From IMG/VR virus record IMGVR_UViG_3300045988_035938, positions 1 through 18,745 of that record: a DNA stretch of 18,745 nucleotides; one strand, written 5' to 3'. This document shows positions 16,862-18,745 of the stretch, one piece after another. The stretch's first letter is position 1, and every line of letters starts with the position of its first letter. Origin of the DNA: a virus. The position numbers and the translations under genes are program-made. The notes below the pieces were generated by a model. That model searched no databases, had not been told where the DNA came from, and saw nothing but the letters and a program-made list of their open reading frames with translations.

Positions 16862-17815
16862 ATGGCAATAGTATTCACATCAGAACCAGTAGCTAAAAAT
16901 ACTACAACTAAAAATTTAGATTTAATTAAAGCTGCTGAATGTAAGTTACAAGAAAAATCAGTAGAATATACTCAAAATGCAGAGTTTGAAGTACTGCCAG
17001 ATGAGGGATATGATGGAATGTCTAAGGTAAATGTATCTGTTGATGTAGTAGTTCCTACAGTTCAAGCTTCCAAAGCAATTACAATTACTCAGAATGGACC
17101 AATAGAGATTCTTCCTGACTCTGATTATGATGTTATGGAGAAAGTTGAAGCTACTATTAATGTGCCAACTTCTTCAACTTATGATATTACGCAAGCTGTA
17201 GTTAATTTATATAGGTTTACGGGAACATCTGTTCCTGCAAATGTTGTAGGTTGAGAAAATTTAGTTGATGGAAGATATAAATGTCAAAGATCAAACATTA
17301 AGGAGTTCACTATGCAATTGCCTAAATTAGAAGATGGCAGATATATGTTTACAGAATGTGCTGATTTAACATCATTCACTATTCCAATGCCTGAATTAAC
17401 AGATGGGTCTAATATGTTTAGCAGAGGTGCCTTACCTGGATATAATAGCCTGAAAACACTTAATTTAGATGCTCCTAAATTAGTAACTACTACTAATATG
17501 TTTGGAGATTGCATTAGATTAACAGATGTAACATTAAACATTCCATCATACACATCTCAAGAAAGTTCAATAAATCCTATATTTTCAAAATGTAGTGGAA
17601 TTACTAATATTACAGTAAACGGTGAACTTAGAGCAGGATTATATCTATCAGCAAGTACCAATCTTACTACTGATTCTTTAATGTCTGTTATTAATGCATT
17701 GGTTGATTTAACTGGAGAGGATAGCAAAACTTTAACATTAGGAGCTACCAATCTGGCAAAATTATCAGATGAACAGAAAGAAATAGCTACTAATAAAAAC
17801 TGGGTATTAGCATAA
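16862..17815 (+). CDS. BspA/DUF285-type leucine-rich-repeat protein with an N-terminal tandem repeat, read with TGA=Trp
   Basis: Track ORFs 16862-17254 and 17312-17815 share frame 2 and are joined through TGA 17252-17254 (VVG-W-ENL). The C-terminal half has repeats of the MF..C..L type: GRYMFTECADLTSF, GSNMFSRGALPGYNSLKTL, TTNMFGDCIRLTDV, INPIFSKCSGITNI. The N-terminal half has two copies of (V/I)LPD..YD.M.KV (EFEVLPDEGYDGMSKVNV and IEILPDSDYDVMEKVEA). Confidence 0.7.
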
Positions 17816-18036
17816 TGGAACATTTACATATTGAAACTAGCATATTTATAAAGTTATACTCTGATGAAGGATATTTTATCACCTCATATAAAGAAGGTGA
17901 TGATATTAAAGAGTATAGTGCATCAACTATTTTATATTGCCCTTTAACCTTTGATACATCTATTTATAGGGTTATTGATGCAGAAACAAATGAAAGATAT
18001 TTAAAAGAACAAGAGGAATCTTATAAAAATAAATAA
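17815..18036 (+). CDS. hypothetical protein (73 aa)
   Basis: ATG overlaps the upstream TAA (TAATG). Tightly packed between two structural genes. No recognisable motif. Confidence 0.45.
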   Translation: MEHLHIETSIFIKLYSDEGYFITSYKEGDDIKEYSASTILYCPLTFDTSIYRVIDAETNERYLKEQEESYKNK

Positions 18037-18037
18037 T

Positions 18038-18745
18038 ATGGCAAACGAAACTGAAAAGACAATTCTTCCTTATCTTAATGTCCTTGAAGTTGAAACAATA
18101 GATAAGTCAAATGTGACTAAAGTTATTGTTATTGACAAGGATGATGAAGTTAAGGTTATGGATGGTTCTCAGTTAGCTACTAATAGCTATTTTGATCTTC
18201 AGGATAAACCTGAGATCAATGGTATTGAGTTAAATGGTAATATGACTTCAGAAGAGTTGGGATTAGCGTCATCTGAAGATATTGTTACTATTAATTCTGA
18301 GTTAGAGCAAATAAAGAGTACTATTCCAAGTGCTGAAAATATTGATAATCAGATAACTGAACGATTAGCTGATTATCCAACTAAAGAAGAGGTTACAACT
18401 GAAATTTCAGATGCAGTTGCCAATAAAGCCGATAAATCTGAGATACCAACAAAAACTTCACAATTAACTAATGATAGTGGGTTTATTAGTAGCTTAGATG
18501 GATATGCTACTGAAAAATGAGTTGAAGATAATTATCTTACAAAAGAAGCTACTGAAAGTGCATTAAATTCTAAACAGAATAAATTAAACCAAGGTGATGG
18601 TATAGTAATTGAAGAGAATACTATTTCTGCAGATTATAATACTATTCGTAACAAACCATCTTTAAATGGAACTGAATTATCTGGAGCAGCTTCAATCGTA
18701 CCTGCCATTAATATTCAATCAGTCCCATCTAAAGTTACTTTAGCT
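18038..18745 (+). CDS. tail fibre protein, 3'-truncated by the window end, read with TGA=Trp
   Basis: ORF 18038-18520 continues in frame through TGA 18518-18520 (ATEK-W-VEDNYLTKEA) to the last base of the window. Fibre-like repeats DKPEINGIELNGNMTSEELGL and NKPSLNGTELSG. Segments KADKSEIPTKTSQLTNDSGF and YATEKWVEDNY are typical of phage fibres. Confidence 0.7.

Noticed and set aside
553-17823. Thirteen minus-strand ORFs of 62-105 aa in the track (553-744, 3855-4133, 4090-4281, 7127-7315, 10086-10304, 10513-10830, 11143-11397, 12961-13155, 14471-14671, 14775-15065, 15717-15938, 17284-17553, 17557-17823)
   Set aside because: Each lies entirely antisense to a well-supported + strand gene and translates to low-complexity I/L/F/S-rich sequence with no motif. 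These are the expected shadow ORFs of an AT-rich coding strand.
1-18745. TGA as Gly (table 25) or selenocysteine
   Set aside because: TGA falls at positions that are Trp/aromatic in recognisable motifs (GGY.W.Y tail, BACON tryptophans, TM-helix WW). Thirty-four sites with no recurring downstream hairpin argue against Sec. Gly is not formally excluded without alignments.
1-18745. CRISPR arrays, integrase or attachment sites, lysis cassette, anti-defence loci
   Set aside because: There are no spaced direct repeats and no recombinase, endolysin or holin-like motifs that I could recognise. The small membrane protein at 1239-1568 lies in the early/packaging region with no adjacent lysin, so I do not call it a holin.

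Overview
AT-rich (roughly 25-30% GC over most of the window) 18.7-kb piece of a tailed-phage genome, siphovirus-like because it carries a tape-measure gene. Every gene I can support is on the + strand. The main result is that the supplied standard-code ORF track is fragmented. Neighbouring fragments lie in the same frame and are separated only by TGA. Reading TGA as a sense codon (best fit Trp, translation table 4) merges them into full-length proteins. I count 34 in-frame TGAs, and all inferred genes stop at TAA or TAG. Recoded gene order: hypothetical, HNH homing endonuclease, a sigma-70-like factor split into a region-2 ORF and a region-4 ORF, small membrane protein, hypothetical, small terminase, large terminase, a chaperone-like gene needing a -1 shift at a T9 run. 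Then an intergenic region with a conserved motif and a hairpin, followed by an HK97-gp10-like neck protein, a 726-aa and a 946-aa tail/baseplate protein, a 171-codon BACON-like ORF with no start codon, and a 919-aa tape measure. Then a terminator and a second copy of the motif, followed by an XkdF-like prohead protease, a GIY-YIG homing endonuclease, scaffold, major capsid protein, a tube-like protein and a strong terminator. Last come a DUF285/BspA-type LRR protein, a small ORF and a tail fibre truncated by the window end. The head block (13477-16770) has no in-frame TGA, and its scaffold/capsid/tube part is visibly GC-richer than the rest. I found no tRNA, rRNA, CRISPR array or integrase. 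All functional calls come from motif recognition by eye, without database searches.
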